Shown here piece by piece: positions 63,897-64,000 of a stretch of DNA of 64,000 bases. The notes beneath the pieces were generated by a model. It was not told the origin of the DNA. It searched no databases and was given only the letters and a program-made list of their open reading frames with translations. Numbering within the stretch: position 1 is the first letter of the stretch; each line of letters begins with the position of its first letter. Source of the stretch: a virus; the IMG/VR virus record IMGVR_UViG_3300042090_000199, positions 13,745 to 77,744 of that record; one strand, written 5' to 3'. The position numbers were made by a program, and so were the translations under genes.

Positions 63897-64000
63897 CTAG
63901 CTGTTCTTGGCGTTGAAGGCCCTCATCCAGGCGTAGAACGACTCGGTGTCGACCTGCTTGCGGCCGTCGGCGGCCTGAGTGATGACGAACTTGCCCTTCC
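63897..64000 (-). CDS. Partial ORF (3' end), possible DNA-binding protein
   Basis: ...GKFVITQAADGRKQVDTESFYAWMRAFNAKNS*. Confidence 0.45.
   Translation of the reverse strand, partial: KGKFVITQAADGRKQVDTESFYAWMRAFNAKNS

Noticed and set aside
1-64000. TAG stop-codon reassignment suggested by abundant CTAG
   Set aside because: Core genes are full length in the standard code, and several end properly at TAG (capsid, SSB, endolysin).
1-64000. Prophage/temperate module
   Set aside because: No integrase, repressor cassette, parAB or att site was recognised in the window.

Overview
This window is most of a tailed-phage (siphovirus-like) genome, probably infecting an actinomycete. The host inference rests on the Rpf/NlpC/LysM genes, actinophage-type tail genes and near-absence of TTA codons. 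Layout: (i) + strand 1-24 kb holds early/replication genes: SNF2-like helicase, PD-(D/E)xK nuclease, AAA ATPase, SSB-like protein, a UDG-PolA fusion with an intein in the UDG domain, and a scattered 7-deazaguanine DNA-modification set (queE, queC, queD, folE, dpdA-like). (ii) - strand 24-52.5 kb holds morphogenesis and lysis genes: terminase, portal, scaffold, capsid, tail with a -1 frameshift chaperone, tape measure with SLT domain, endolysin and holin. (iii) + strand 52.6-63 kb holds an AAA helicase, a minimal PolB-like gene, secreted LysM-Rpf, NlpC/P60 and glycoside hydrolase genes, and many small ORFs. No integrase or CRISPR was seen. The most unusual signals are: a family of AAC-GTCCTG...CAGGRY hairpins, four complete copies plus a fifth opening in tandem, leading into a ~720-nt highly structured non-coding region with a pseudoknot and a tRNA-like module; only three in-frame TTA codons found by hand, all where a stop codon would be expected; strong CTAG enrichment; and a second, degenerate polymerase. 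All calls come from reading motifs by eye; no database searches were run.
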